Both the position numbers and the translations under genes were made by a program. A DNA stretch of 64,000 nucleotides from Bacteroidales bacterium (GTDB lineage Bacteria > Bacteroidota > Bacteroidia > Bacteroidales > VadinHA17), in NCBI GenBank assembly GCA_007132995.1, contig SLNP01000023.1:618-64617 (forward strand). Reading direction: 5' to 3'. Every line of letters begins with the position of its first letter. Within the stretch, counting starts at the first letter, position 1. Below are positions 17,222 through 27,511 of this stretch, one piece after another. A model generated the notes under the pieces. It worked only from the letters and a program-made list of their open reading frames with translations. It did no database searches and had not been told where the DNA came from.

Positions 17222-17251
17222 TCTTGCGACAGCAATATAATCAAAAACGAG

Positions 17252-18079
17252 ATGTATCTTTCATGTAACATTAAATTTTTACGAAAGCGAAGGGGGCGTA
17301 CACAGGATGATGTGGCAGTGGCTCTGAAGCTCAAGAGGTCAACCCTGAGCGGCTATGAGAATGGTATAGCCGAGCCTTCTCTGGAGACGCTGATAGCTCT
17401 CTCATCCTATTTCACCGTATCTGTCGATACCTTGTTGAGGGTCGATATGGCAACACTCTCTGAGAGCCAGTTGGGAGAGATTGAGAGGGGATATGATGCC
17501 TATGTAAGGGGAGGCAAACTCAGGGTTCTTGCCACTACTGTAAACAGCGATAACAATGAGAATATTGAGCTGGTTCCGGAGGCCGCAAAAGCCGGATATT
17601 CAACCGGATACGCAGATCCTGAGTTTATCGCAGCGCTTCCCGTATTCCGCCTTCCGTTCCTGTCCGATAACAGGAAGTATCGTACCTTTCAGCTAAAGGG
17701 TGACTCTATGCTGCCAATACCCGATGGTGCATGGGTTACCGGTGAGTTTCTTCAGGACTGGAACCATATAGTTGACGGAAGGGCATACATAATATTTACA
17801 CTCAATGAAGGTATTGTGTTTAAGATGGCAGAGAACAGAATAGCCTCTGACGGCAAGCTTATTCTCTACTCTCTGAACCCTGTATATGAGCCCTATGAGG
17901 TCCATGTATCTGAAATTAAAGAGGTTTGGCAGTTCGTAAACTATATAAGCTCTGAACTGCCCGACCCGGTTGTTCCGGAGAGGCATATATATAGTACAGT
18001 TGCCGGACTAAAGCGTGATATTCAGCGTATAAAAAGAAGATTGGGGGCCGATATAGAAGATATATCTCCCGAGAGGTAG
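17252..18079 (+). CDS. LexA/CI-like repressor: XRE-type HTH fused to S24 autopeptidase
   Basis: HTH LRKRRGRTQDDVAVALKLKRSTLSGYENGIAEPSLETLIALSSYF. S24 Ser motif LKGDSMLP and Lys in IVFKMAE. Possible Ala-Gly cleavage site KAGYS. Confidence 0.85.
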   Translation: MYLSCNIKFLRKRRGRTQDDVAVALKLKRSTLSGYENGIAEPSLETLIALSSYFTVSVDTLLRVDMATLSESQLGEIERGYDAYVRGGKLRVLATTVNSDNNENIELVPEAAKAGYSTGYADPEFIAALPVFRLPFLSDNRKYRTFQLKGDSMLPIPDGAWVTGEFLQDWNHIVDGRAYIIFTLNEGIVFKMAENRIASDGKLILYSLNPVYEPYEVHVSEIKEVWQFVNYISSELPDPVVPERHIYSTVAGLKRDIQRIKRRLGADIEDISPER

Positions 18080-18104
18080 GGTAGGGGCGGAATAGGATAT
18101 TTCA

Positions 18105-18644
18105 CTATCTGGCAATATGGAAGAGCCCCTTATTATACGCCAGAGGTATAACCTCTCCCGACTCCACCCTGTCGGAAGATATGTCGTATCTGTTTTCGGT
18201 CAGGGGAAGGGTAAGCCTCTTTTCCCCGCCCGAAACATTGTTAAGACGGCTTACTACAATTAGTGCGCCCGGTATCACACTTGTGGCAAGGGAAGGCGAC
18301 TCACAAACAACGGGTGATTTTCCCGGAATGAGCGACATAACCTTTTTAAAGGGAGCGAGGGGCCCTCCACTCACTACCTGTATATAGAACGATTTTATGG
18401 CGCCTGCGGCAAGAAGTCTTGATGAATCCTTTTCACGCCTGGCTGAGAGCTCTTCGCTTACAACAAAATCCTCTTCACGGAATAGCACCTCTAAGCCATC
18501 CTGTAGCGGATGGTTGTGAGAGCTTATCTTAACGCTATAAACACCGTGGTTGCTGAATCTTCTTATTATATCAGCGGCGACTGTAGTTTTACCGACCTTG
18601 CGTCCTGTGCCGGCAACTATGACAACTTGTGGCATGTGTGTCAT
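18105..18644 (-). CDS. P-loop NTPase, MobB-like
   Basis: Walker A AGTGRKVGKTT. KISSHNHPL and DSSRLLAAGA resemble the MobB motifs IKHxHH and DSxRxxxAGA. No other molybdenum-cofactor genes nearby. Confidence 0.4.
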   Translation of the reverse strand: MTHMPQVVIVAGTGRKVGKTTVAADIIRRFSNHGVYSVKISSHNHPLQDGLEVLFREEDFVVSEELSARREKDSSRLLAAGAIKSFYIQVVSGGPLAPFKKVMSLIPGKSPVVCESPSLATSVIPGALIVVSRLNNVSGGEKRLTLPLTENRYDISSDRVESGEVIPLAYNKGLFHIAR

Positions 18645-18664
18645 GCTATAAATCTGATTATGTG

Positions 18665-19246
18665 CTACTTACGCAGCAAGTAAGGATAGGAGGGGCGGGG
18701 AGGAGCGCCCTCGGTAAGCTCTATTATCAGTTTTACAATATTGTCCCACTCACTTCTGGGTATTTCACCTCTGAATATTGCACGACACACCCGCTCTCTG
18801 TCAACTATTATTGTTGTGTAGCTGTTTTTGGGCATTCCCCAGATATCTTGCAGCAGCCCCTCATAGTCAAACAGTATTGTTGCATCATATCTTCTCGCTT
18901 TGCGTCGGGCAACAATCCGTATGGCACTGTTTGGCATCCAGGTAGACCTTGAATCTACTATGCCAAAGCCGTCAAACTTATCGGGATCTATGCGTCTATC
19001 TCTCTCTACAACATTTTTAATAAAGTCATTAAAGTCATCGTTCAGGTCTGACTGCCCCGGATCTACATAGTTTATAATTAACACCTTGTTTTCCCATGAT
19101 TCAAGGGTGAACATCTTATTGCCGGCGTCCGGCAGTCTCCAGTCAGGAACCCTTTGCCCGACCTTAATGCCTCTCTCTTGCGCGGTGAGCAAAAGGGGTA
19201 TTGCCATAACAATACCAAGCAGAATTGGTTTTATCGAAGCTTTCAT
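18665..19246 (-). CDS. Secreted YtfJ-like / thioredoxin-fold protein without CxxC
   Basis: Signal peptide. GQRVPDW near the N-terminus and overall pattern recall the E. coli YtfJ family. No redox cysteine pair. Confidence 0.4.
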   Translation of the reverse strand: MKASIKPILLGIVMAIPLLLTAQERGIKVGQRVPDWRLPDAGNKMFTLESWENKVLIINYVDPGQSDLNDDFNDFIKNVVERDRRIDPDKFDGFGIVDSRSTWMPNSAIRIVARRKARRYDATILFDYEGLLQDIWGMPKNSYTTIIVDRERVCRAIFRGEIPRSEWDNIVKLIIELTEGAPPRPSYPYLLRK

Positions 19247-19530
19247 AACAACTCAAAAGTAATGAAAATTGGAGAATACCGGTAAATAGACTGCATTTGC
19301 CTATAATTAATATTATGTTAAGTAGGTCGGAGTTTATCAGATGGAAGCTAATAAATCTCATTCTTTAGCCTCCCCTCTTTCAGCAGATATATTTGTCGGC
19401 TGCAATAGGTGGCGTGAATCGAAGGCTGTTAGAGCGCGGAGTGTGCTATATTCAAAAATGAGAGCGCATTATTTACTCTGGTAAAACTTGACATGGTGGC
19501 TCGCCCCTGCCTCTATATAAGATAAAAAAA

Positions 19531-19553
19531 ATGCACCGCATATGGCGGTGCAT
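19531..19553. terminator. Bidirectional rho-independent terminator
   Basis: ATGCACCGC-atatg-GCGGTGCAT 9-bp stem, preceded by A8 (19523-19530) and followed by TTTT. Lies 25 nt after the stop of the minus-strand TPR gene. Confidence 0.7.
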
Positions 19554-19577
19554 TTTATATAGCCGGCTAACTACTCT

Positions 19578-20753
19578 TTATAGTCCGCCTTCAATCTTTT
19601 TTGTCAGCTCAATATAGCGCTCATCTTTATCTCCATAGAGCAGGCCGTAAATAGAGCGAAGTGTTCTCATAACATCCATATCGGCCGGATTTATCTCATG
19701 TGCCCTCTCAAGAGGTTCCTTGGAGCGAACTCTGAATTCCTGGGCCTCTCTGAGGTGCACATCGGCTTCATCAAAATCATCTGCCGCAGCGGCCCTTTGG
19801 GTAGCCTCGATAGCAAGATTGTAATAGGCTATTCCCAGATTGTAATGTGCGGCCCAGTTGCTGTCATCGAGCTCTATTGATCTCTGAAGGTCAGGAATGG
19901 CGTCGTCATATTCATCAACTCCCATAAATATTGTACCCCTTGCAAGATAGAGCGCAGCATTATTGGGGTCGCTCGGGAGTGCGATATCGATATACTCATG
20001 GGCACTTTCAGGCTGCCCTGTATCTATATAGAACTGTATCAGGGCCAGAAGCAGGTCGAGTGTTCCCTCATCATCCGGAAATGCATCTATACCCCTTTTC
20101 AATGTCTTCTCGGCCATCTCAAGATCCTCAAGACCGAGATATGCCTGATAGATATTTGCAAAGGTGGTAACGCCCTCGTAACCAAGCTCTGCACAGTACT
20201 CAAAGTACTCTATAGCTGTCTCATAAAGCCCAGCGTAAAGTGCCGCCAGACCGGCATTAAAGTAGAATACAGTATCGGGCTCGGCGTGGGTAAAGGTTTC
20301 GCTTGTACCTATCTTTATATATTTCTGAAAACCTTCAAGTGCCCCCTCGAAATCCTGCGCTTCCCACCTGGCAAGGGCATGATTTATAAACTGGTTACCC
20401 AGAATGGCGTAGGTCTCGTTGACAATAAGACTATTTCTGATAGTATTCCTGTCATCGAGTTCCATAGCCTTCTCGTAGGCTTCATATGCCTGAACAAGAG
20501 GGTTACTGCCAAGAAGATTCCTGTATCTGCGGTCTTCTGAATCGGCAACAGCCTGCGCAAGCCTGCCCAGGGCATAGTAGGTACGAGGCCAATCTTCTGT
20601 CCTGCGGTGCTCCAATGCATCGTCAAGAGCCTCTTTTGCACGGTCCAGTTCACCCCTCTCAATAAAGCTGAGAGCACTGGAGACCCTACCCCTCTGCGCA
20701 CTCAGGCCTATGGTTATCACTAACGCTGTTATTAACAGAACTGCTTTTTTCAT
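19578..20753 (-). CDS. Secreted TPR-repeat protein
   Basis: Signal peptide (MKKAVLLITALVITIGLSAQ). Multiple TPR-like units (e.g. AALYLARGTIFMGVDEYDDAIPDLQRSIELD, AAHYNLGIAYYNLA). Confidence 0.75.
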   Translation of the reverse strand: MKKAVLLITALVITIGLSAQRGRVSSALSFIERGELDRAKEALDDALEHRRTEDWPRTYYALGRLAQAVADSEDRRYRNLLGSNPLVQAYEAYEKAMELDDRNTIRNSLIVNETYAILGNQFINHALARWEAQDFEGALEGFQKYIKIGTSETFTHAEPDTVFYFNAGLAALYAGLYETAIEYFEYCAELGYEGVTTFANIYQAYLGLEDLEMAEKTLKRGIDAFPDDEGTLDLLLALIQFYIDTGQPESAHEYIDIALPSDPNNAALYLARGTIFMGVDEYDDAIPDLQRSIELDDSNWAAHYNLGIAYYNLAIEATQRAAAADDFDEADVHLREAQEFRVRSKEPLERAHEINPADMDVMRTLRSIYGLLYGDKDERYIELTKKIEGGL

Positions 20754-20875
20754 AATTGTATTTGTTTGTGTTTTAATCAGGTTCCAAAAATATAGTTTAT
20801 CAATAACATTTCAAATATCCTGCCATATTTTTACGGCACCTCATGGGTCCTTGTATCTCTCTTTTTAATAACAAG

Positions 20876-23350
20876 TTACTCAACAGCATCGAGGTCTTTC
20901 TCCTCCTCCTCGCTGCTTTCAACACAGGCAACCCCCGCAATAGAATCCTTTTCCCTTATATTTATAAGCCTTACACCCTGGGTCGCACGGCCCACAACAC
21001 GAAGCGCTGATACAGGAATTCTCAGTATGGTTCCACTCTCGGTAATAATCATAAGATCATTGTGATCGGAAACATTTCTGAGCGCGATAAGGTCTCCTGT
21101 CTTTTCGGTTATGTTTATTGTCTTTACCCCCTTGCCTCCTCTGTTGGTTGTCCGGTACTGGTCTATGGCAGAGCGTTTGCCATACCCGTTTTCAGATACA
21201 ACAAGTATGTTCTCATCATCTGACGGGACGGCAACCATGCCAACCACTTCATCACTATCGCTGGCAAGGGTGATACCCCTTACTCCGGAGGCAGTCCTGC
21301 CCATGGGGCGAACGGCACTCTCATGAAACCTTACAGCACGCCCCGACCTGTTTGCAAGCATTATCTGGTGATCGCCTCCTGTGAGCCTTGCGGCAAGAAG
21401 TTCATCACCATCCCTTATAGTTACCGCATTAACACCGGTTGACCGCGGGCGTGAGTACGCTTCAAGAGAGGTCTTCTTGATTACACCCTTCTTGGTGCAG
21501 AGTACAATAAAGTTGCTGTTTACATAGTCAGCATCGTTGAGGTTTTTGAGGTTTATGACGGTCTTAACCGAATCGCCCTGCCCAAGACCTACAAGGTTCT
21601 GAATAGCCCTTCCCTTCGAGGTTCTTGTCCCCTCGGGTATCTGATACACCTTGATCCAGTAACACTTGCCTGAAGCTGTAAAGAGAAGCATGGTGTTATG
21701 CATGGTGGCGATGTAGATGTGCTCTATAAAATCGTCATCCCTTGTGGTGCTGCCCCTTGCTCCTGTGCCTCCCCTGTTTTGGCGACGAAATTCTGTAAGA
21801 GGGGTCCTTTTGATATAACCCATCCTCGATATGGTAATGACCATCTCCTCATCGGCATAGAAATCTTCAGGGCTAAATTCCCCCTCATCAGGAACTATCT
21901 CAGTTCTCCTCTCATCACCGTAGCTCTCTTTTACCTGCAGCAGCTCCTTCTTTATTATATTCATCTGGAGATCATAGCTCTCAAGAATGCTCTTAAGGTG
22001 CTCTATGGTCTTCATAAGCTCATCATACTCTGCCCTGAGCCTGTTCTGTTCAAGGCCAGTGAGCTGCCTTAGCCGCATCTCGACAATGGCCCTTGCCTGT
22101 ATAAGGGTGAGCCCGAATCGCTCCGTAAGCTTCTCTCTGGCAATATCGGGTGTCTCCGATGACCGTATAAGGGCAATAACCTCATCAATATTGTCACTTG
22201 CAATTATCAGCCCTTCAAGTATGTGAGCCCTCTTCTCGGCCTCCCGCAGCTCGTAACGGGTTCTCCTGACAACGATCTCATGCCTGTGGTTAACGAAATT
22301 CTCTATCAAATCAAGAAGGGTTAGGGTCCTGGGCCTTCCCTTAACCAGTGCTATACTGTTAACATTGAAAGAGGTCTGAAGCTGAGACTGCCTGTAAAGG
22401 TTGTTAAGTACTATGCTGGCTGCCGCCTCTTTTTTCAGAATGATAACTATACGCATTCCGTTGCGGTCAGACTCATCATTAATATATGATATACCCTCAA
22501 GCTTCTTCTCATTGATGAGATCTGCAATCTTCTTTATCATTTCGGCCTTGTTGACCATATAGGGTATCTCAGTAATCACTATGCATTCACGACCACTGGG
22601 AGTGTGCTCTATCTCTGTCTTCGACCTTATTACTATCCTGCCCTTTCCGGTCTCGTAGGCATCTTTTATTCCCTGCTCACCATAGATTATACCCCCTGTC
22701 GGAAAGTCGGGCCCCCTCATATGCTCCATGAGCCCGGCGGTGGTGATGTCTCTCTCATCTATCCATGCAATGATTGCACCTGCTACCTCACTTAAATTGT
22801 GAGGCGGCATATTTGTAGCCATACCAACTGCTATACCTGAAGCTCCGTTAATAAGCAGGTTTGGCAGCCTGGCAGGCAGAACCACCGGCTCTTCAATCGA
22901 GTCATCAAAGTTAAGCTGGGTATCAACGGTCTCTTTGTCAAGGTCGGCAAGCATCTCTTCAGCTATCTTTTTCAGCCTCGCCTCGGTATAACGCATTGCG
23001 GCAGGACTGTCTCCGTCTATAGAGCCAAAGTTTCCCTGTCCGTCAATAAGAGGATACCTTAATGACCAGTGTTGTGCCATCCTGACCATGGCCTCATAAA
23101 CAGATGAGTCGCCATGGGGATGATACTTGCCAAGCACCTCTCCCACTATTCTTGCCGACTTCTTGTATGGCTTGCCTGACACTATTCCGAGTTCTGACAT
23201 TCCGAACAGAACACGCCGGTGAACGGGCTTAAGGCCGTCACGGACATCCGGAAGTGCCCTTGCAACAATGACCGACATTGAATAGTCAATATATGCCGAC
23301 TTCATCTCCTCCTCAATATTAACCCTGAGGATTTTCTCTTTTTCTGACAT
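20876..23350 (-). CDS. gyrA: DNA gyrase subunit A
   Basis: N-terminus [38 protein letters not shown]. Active-site Tyr region [14 protein letters not shown]-like [14 protein letters not shown]-terminal beta-pinwheel repeats and acidic tail. Confidence 0.97.
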   Translation of the reverse strand: MSEKEKILRVNIEEEMKSAYIDYSMSVIVARALPDVRDGLKPVHRRVLFGMSELGIVSGKPYKKSARIVGEVLGKYHPHGDSSVYEAMVRMAQHWSLRYPLIDGQGNFGSIDGDSPAAMRYTEARLKKIAEEMLADLDKETVDTQLNFDDSIEEPVVLPARLPNLLINGASGIAVGMATNMPPHNLSEVAGAIIAWIDERDITTAGLMEHMRGPDFPTGGIIYGEQGIKDAYETGKGRIVIRSKTEIEHTPSGRECIVITEIPYMVNKAEMIKKIADLINEKKLEGISYINDESDRNGMRIVIILKKEAAASIVLNNLYRQSQLQTSFNVNSIALVKGRPRTLTLLDLIENFVNHRHEIVVRRTRYELREAEKRAHILEGLIIASDNIDEVIALIRSSETPDIAREKLTERFGLTLIQARAIVEMRLRQLTGLEQNRLRAEYDELMKTIEHLKSILESYDLQMNIIKKELLQVKESYGDERRTEIVPDEGEFSPEDFYADEEMVITISRMGYIKRTPLTEFRRQNRGGTGARGSTTRDDDFIEHIYIATMHNTMLLFTASGKCYWIKVYQIPEGTRTSKGRAIQNLVGLGQGDSVKTVINLKNLNDADYVNSNFIVLCTKKGVIKKTSLEAYSRPRSTGVNAVTIRDGDELLAARLTGGDHQIMLANRSGRAVRFHESAVRPMGRTASGVRGITLASDSDEVVGMVAVPSDDENILVVSENGYGKRSAIDQYRTTNRGGKGVKTINITEKTGDLIALRNVSDHNDLMIITESGTILRIPVSALRVVGRATQGVRLINIREKDSIAGVACVESSEEEEKDLDAVE

Positions 23351-23516
23351 AAGAGATTTGTGTTTAGTTTATTACGAATTGCAGCAACCCTGCTTTTTAA
23401 GATTACGAAGATAGCAGATTTTGACCTTAAATCACCTGATTAACGGCCAAATATTATCAACATTCACTGTTTATAAGAGGGCACGATTATTGAACTGCTA
23501 TAATCTGCTAAAATTG

Positions 23517-23524
23517 TAACTTTG
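23517..23524 (+). promoter_or_regulatory. Candidate -7 promoter box TAACTTTG for clpC
   Basis: Matches TAnnTTTG, 74 nt upstream of ATG 23598. The leader contains the inverted repeat CGCTGCA (23536-23542) / TGCAGCG (23574-23580). Confidence 0.3.
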
Positions 23525-23597
23525 TAATCAATAATCGCTGCAGTTATGTCATGCATACCGGATATTCTGGCGTTGCAGCGCAAAACGATAAATAGTA

Positions 23598-26189
23598 ATG
23601 GATTCACAGTTCTCACAACAGGTAAAGGATATACTTACATACAGTAAGGAAGAGGCTATAAGGCTTGGAAACAGCCATATAAGCCCTGAGCACCTCTTTC
23701 TGGGAATACTCAGGGAGGGTGAGGGAAAAGCTATAGATATTCTTATGAATCAGGGTGCAGACCTTATGGGGCTCAAGGGTTCCATAGAGAAGAGTATTAG
23801 GGTTGATAACCCCATTCCCCTGTCAGACAGAGATGTTGTACCTCTGTTAAGGAGCACAGAGCGTGTATTGAAGCTTGTCTATCTGGAAGCCAAGGCTATG
23901 AAGAGCGGGACAATAGATACAGAACACCTCCTGTTATCTATACTTAAGGACAAGAACTTACTTATAACCAGATTTCTGACAGAAATGGATATAGACTACG
24001 CTACCGTGAGGGGCAACATTGAGAGTGACCTGCCTATATCAAGGGCAGATTTTCCCGGAGAGGAAGATGACGAGGGGCAGGGTTTCCCGGGAGGCGGAAG
24101 AGGCGTTCCACCCTCCTCCCCCTCTACCGGTAAGCCTACAACAGACACACCTGTACTTGATAATTTTGGTATTGACCTGACAAAGGCGGCCGAGGAGGAC
24201 AGACTTGACCCCATAGTTGGCAGGGAGAGAGAGATTGAGAGACTTGCCCAGATTTTGTCACGGCGCAAAAAAAATAACCCGGTTCTTATAGGTGATCCTG
24301 GTGTTGGCAAGTCTGCTATCGCCGAGGGGCTGGCTATGAGAATTGTAAAAAAGAGTGTTTCAAGGGTGCTCTTTAATAAAAGGGTGGTGACGCTCGACCT
24401 GGCCTCTATTGTAGCAGGAACAAAATATCGCGGCCAGTTTGAAGAGCGGATGAAGGCTATACTTAATGAGCTGAACAAAAACGATAACATAATTCTATTT
24501 ATAGACGAGATTCATACCATTGTAGGGGCAGGAGGCGCTACCGGGTCGCTGGATGCCGCCAATATGCTAAAGCCCGCCCTCTCGCGCGGTGAAATTCAGT
24601 GTATCGGCGCTACCACCCTGGATGAGTACAGGCAGCACATTGAGAAGGATGGAGCTCTGGAGAGACGGTTCCAGAAGGTGCTTGTTGAACCCACCTCCAT
24701 AGAGGAGACCGTTACCATATTGCACAATATAAAGGAGAGGTATGAAGATCATCACAATGTTATCTATACCGATACTGCAATAGATGCTTGTGTAAAGCTT
24801 ACCAACAGGTATATAAGCGACAGGCATCTTCCCGATAAAGCTATTGATGCTCTCGATGAGACCGGCTCCAGGGTGCATATATCCAATATTGTGGTGCCGG
24901 AAAGAATAGTTGAACTTGAGGAGAGCCTGGAAGAGATAAAGAGAGAGAAGATGGAGGCTGTCAGGAATCAGAATTTTGAGAAGGCTGCCAGCTTCCGTGA
25001 CAGGGAGAGAGATATTCACGACTCAATTGAACAGGAGAAAAAGAAGTGGGAGAAAGAGCTTGCCCGTAACAGAGAGATTGTTGATGAGGGGAAAGTTGCT
25101 GAGGTGGTTGCCATGATGACGGGAGTGCCGGTGCAGCGTATAGCCCAGACTGAGGGTAACAGATTGCTGAACATGGCTGGTGAACTGCGGGGGGCTGTTA
25201 TAGGACAGGATGAGGCCATAAGTAAAGTGGTAAAGGCCATACAACGAAACAGGGCGGGACTGAAAGACCCCAACAAGCCTATCGGAACCCTGATATTTCT
25301 CGGCCCCACCGGTGTTGGAAAGACACAGCTGGCAAAGGTACTTGCCAGATATCTCTTCGATTCGGCCGACAACCTTATACGGATCGACATGAGCGAATAT
25401 ATGGAGAAGTTTACTGTATCAAGGCTTGTCGGTGCACCTCCCGGATATGTTGGCTATGAGGAGGGTGGCCAGCTTACCGAGAAAGTTCGCAGAAGACCCT
25501 ACTCTGTAGTACTTCTGGATGAAATAGAGAAGGCTCATCCCGATGTATTCCATATATTACTGCAGCTACTTGATGAAGGGCAAGTAACAGATAGCCTTGG
25601 GAGAAGAGTCGATTTTAAGAATACAATAATTATTATGACCTCAAATATCGGAACCAGACAGATAACTGATTTCGGACATGGGGTTGGCTTTGAGACATCT
25701 GCCAAAAAGGCACTCAGAAATGAACAGAACAAGAGCATAATACAGAAAGCACTACATAAAACATTTGCCCCGGAATTTCTCAACAGGATAGATGACATAG
25801 TGATGTTTAACTCCCTCAGCAGGGATGATATATCCAAAATAATCAATATTGAACTGAAAGGACTCTTTGACAGGGTTGAATCGCTGGGTTACCACTTGAA
25901 AATCAGCAGTACCGCGCGAGATCATATTGCCGAGAAAGGTTTTGACAGCAAGTATGGGGCACGCCCGCTTAAGAGAGCAATACAGAAGTATATTGAAGAT
26001 CCTATGGCAGAACTGCTAATTAAATCGTCGATAAGTGAAGGTGATACAATCAACATAGGGTTTAGCAGTAAGCGCGGTGAGATATCTCTGAGGGTAAAGA
26101 GAGGTGTCAGGAAGGAGAGCAAAAGCTCTGATACGGGCAGTGGGAAATCAGATGGCAGGGCCGGCAGTAATGGCGGTGAAGCGAGATAG
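23598..26189 (+). CDS. clpC: ATP-dependent Clp protease ATP-binding subunit ClpC-type (class I AAA+)
   Basis: Two Clp_N repeats. Walker A GDPGVGKS and GPTGVGKT. UVR-like linker FEKAASFRDRE. RPLKRAIQ C-terminal D2-small domain. Confidence 0.93.
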   Translation: MDSQFSQQVKDILTYSKEEAIRLGNSHISPEHLFLGILREGEGKAIDILMNQGADLMGLKGSIEKSIRVDNPIPLSDRDVVPLLRSTERVLKLVYLEAKAMKSGTIDTEHLLLSILKDKNLLITRFLTEMDIDYATVRGNIESDLPISRADFPGEEDDEGQGFPGGGRGVPPSSPSTGKPTTDTPVLDNFGIDLTKAAEEDRLDPIVGREREIERLAQILSRRKKNNPVLIGDPGVGKSAIAEGLAMRIVKKSVSRVLFNKRVVTLDLASIVAGTKYRGQFEERMKAILNELNKNDNIILFIDEIHTIVGAGGATGSLDAANMLKPALSRGEIQCIGATTLDEYRQHIEKDGALERRFQKVLVEPTSIEETVTILHNIKERYEDHHNVIYTDTAIDACVKLTNRYISDRHLPDKAIDALDETGSRVHISNIVVPERIVELEESLEEIKREKMEAVRNQNFEKAASFRDRERDIHDSIEQEKKKWEKELARNREIVDEGKVAEVVAMMTGVPVQRIAQTEGNRLLNMAGELRGAVIGQDEAISKVVKAIQRNRAGLKDPNKPIGTLIFLGPTGVGKTQLAKVLARYLFDSADNLIRIDMSEYMEKFTVSRLVGAPPGYVGYEEGGQLTEKVRRRPYSVVLLDEIEKAHPDVFHILLQLLDEGQVTDSLGRRVDFKNTIIIMTSNIGTRQITDFGHGVGFETSAKKALRNEQNKSIIQKALHKTFAPEFLNRIDDIVMFNSLSRDDISKIINIELKGLFDRVESLGYHLKISSTARDHIAEKGFDSKYGARPLKRAIQKYIEDPMAELLIKSSISEGDTINIGFSSKRGEISLRVKRGVRKESKSSDTGSGKSDGRAGSNGGEAR

Positions 26190-26207
26190 ACCTCAGATAC
26201 CGTACCA

Positions 26208-27506
26208 CTATTGTCCGGATGTGAGGTCGCCGAAAAGCTCAAAGGGCCCATGGCCGGTTATCCGGACCTCTCTTAGAGAGCCGGGCTCAAGATGCTCATC
26301 TGTTTCTATGAACACCTCCTGATCTATTCCGGGTGAATCATATTCTGTCCTTCCGGTGTAGAGATCGCCCTCTTTACCATCTATAATAACAGTTAGCAGC
26401 GAGCCCTCAAGACGGCTGTTGTTCTCTTCCGATATATCCTGCTGCATCTCCATAAGTTCCGATACTCTCGCCTCTTTAATTTCCCGGGGAATATCGTCAC
26501 TGTACCTTCTCCAGGAAGGGGTACCCTCTTCGTGTGAGTAACTGAAGAGGCCCATCCGTTCAAACCGGAATTCCGATATAAAGCTCCGAAGCTTCCTGTA
26601 ATCATCATCTGTTTCGCCGGGATGACCCGCTATGAAGGTTGTCCTGATGGCGGCATCGGGAAGAACTGTTCTGATCCTGTCGAGCAACCTTCTGGTCTCA
26701 ATCTCTCCGGTACCCCTGTTCATTATCTTGAGCATTCTGTCTGAGATATGCTGCAGCGGAATATCTATATAGTTGCAGATGGAGGGATTATCTCTGATAA
26801 CATCCAGAATGGCAACAGGAAATGTTGAGGGGAACATATAGTGAAGCCTTATCATTGAAAAGAGATCCATTCCGGCGATTGACGAGGCAAGCGAGACGAT
26901 CGATTCTCCTTCACCAATATCACTGCCATAAGAGGTGAGGTCCTGTGCTACAAGTATAAGCTCAGATACACCGCTCCCGGCCAGCATGAGAGCCTCTCTC
27001 TTTAATTCATCAGGAGCGACGGAGATCTGCCTGCCTCTTATCATGGGTATGGCACAAAATGAGCATCCATGACTACACCCTTCGCTCACTTTGAGGTATG
27101 CGTAGTGGCCCGGTCCGGTTATAAAACGGCTGCCGGTATAGTTCCGGTATGCCTCTTTGCCGTTGATTGCTGCAATCAGATGCCCTGTTTCGTTTAACCT
27201 GAAGATCTGATCGGCCTCAGGTATTTCTACCTCCAACTCCTTTTTGTATCGCTCAGATAAGCAACCTGTTATGTATAGCCTCTCAATGTCTCCCCGCTCC
27301 TTGGCTGCTATAAAGTCCATAATGGTATCGATGCTCTCCTCTTTCGCATCGGCGATGAAACCGCAGGTGTTTATTATTACAACAGGTGCAGAACTGACTT
27401 TTCCGTCATGTATAACGGTGTTTCCGCACTCTCGTAGTGCCCCCATTATCTTCTCAGAGTCGACAAGGTTTTTAGAGCAGCCCAGTGTAACTATGTTGAT
27501 AACCAT
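26208..27506 (-). CDS. rimO: Ribosomal protein S12 methylthiotransferase RimO
   Basis: N-terminal UPF0004 VINIVTLGCSKNLVDSE. Radical-SAM CSHGCSFCAIP. C-terminal TRAM domain. The ORF-track first codon (27509) is TTG; ATG at 27506. Confidence 0.9.
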   Translation of the reverse strand: MVINIVTLGCSKNLVDSEKIMGALRECGNTVIHDGKVSSAPVVIINTCGFIADAKEESIDTIMDFIAAKERGDIERLYITGCLSERYKKELEVEIPEADQIFRLNETGHLIAAINGKEAYRNYTGSRFITGPGHYAYLKVSEGCSHGCSFCAIPMIRGRQISVAPDELKREALMLAGSGVSELILVAQDLTSYGSDIGEGESIVSLASSIAGMDLFSMIRLHYMFPSTFPVAILDVIRDNPSICNYIDIPLQHISDRMLKIMNRGTGEIETRRLLDRIRTVLPDAAIRTTFIAGHPGETDDDYRKLRSFISEFRFERMGLFSYSHEEGTPSWRRYSDDIPREIKEARVSELMEMQQDISEENNSRLEGSLLTVIIDGKEGDLYTGRTEYDSPGIDQEVFIETDEHLEPGSLREVRITGHGPFELFGDLTSGQ

Positions 27507-27511
27507 CAAAG

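Noticed and set aside
19341-19484. 47-codon ORF (MEANKSHSLASPLSADIFVGCNRWRESKAVRARSVLYSKMRAHYLLW) in the 330-bp spacer
   Set aside because: No promoter box, no motif, and composition consistent with a random frame. Cannot be supported without expression or conservation data.
23996-25390. Long antisense ORFs inside clpC (164, 150 and 124 aa), and similar ones inside gyrA, dnaE2, ftsY, ntpA, nrfA, bat genes and the DASS transporter
   Set aside because: They lie wholly within strongly supported genes on the opposite strand. They have low-complexity Ser/Pro/Leu-rich composition typical of shadow frames, and no motifs.
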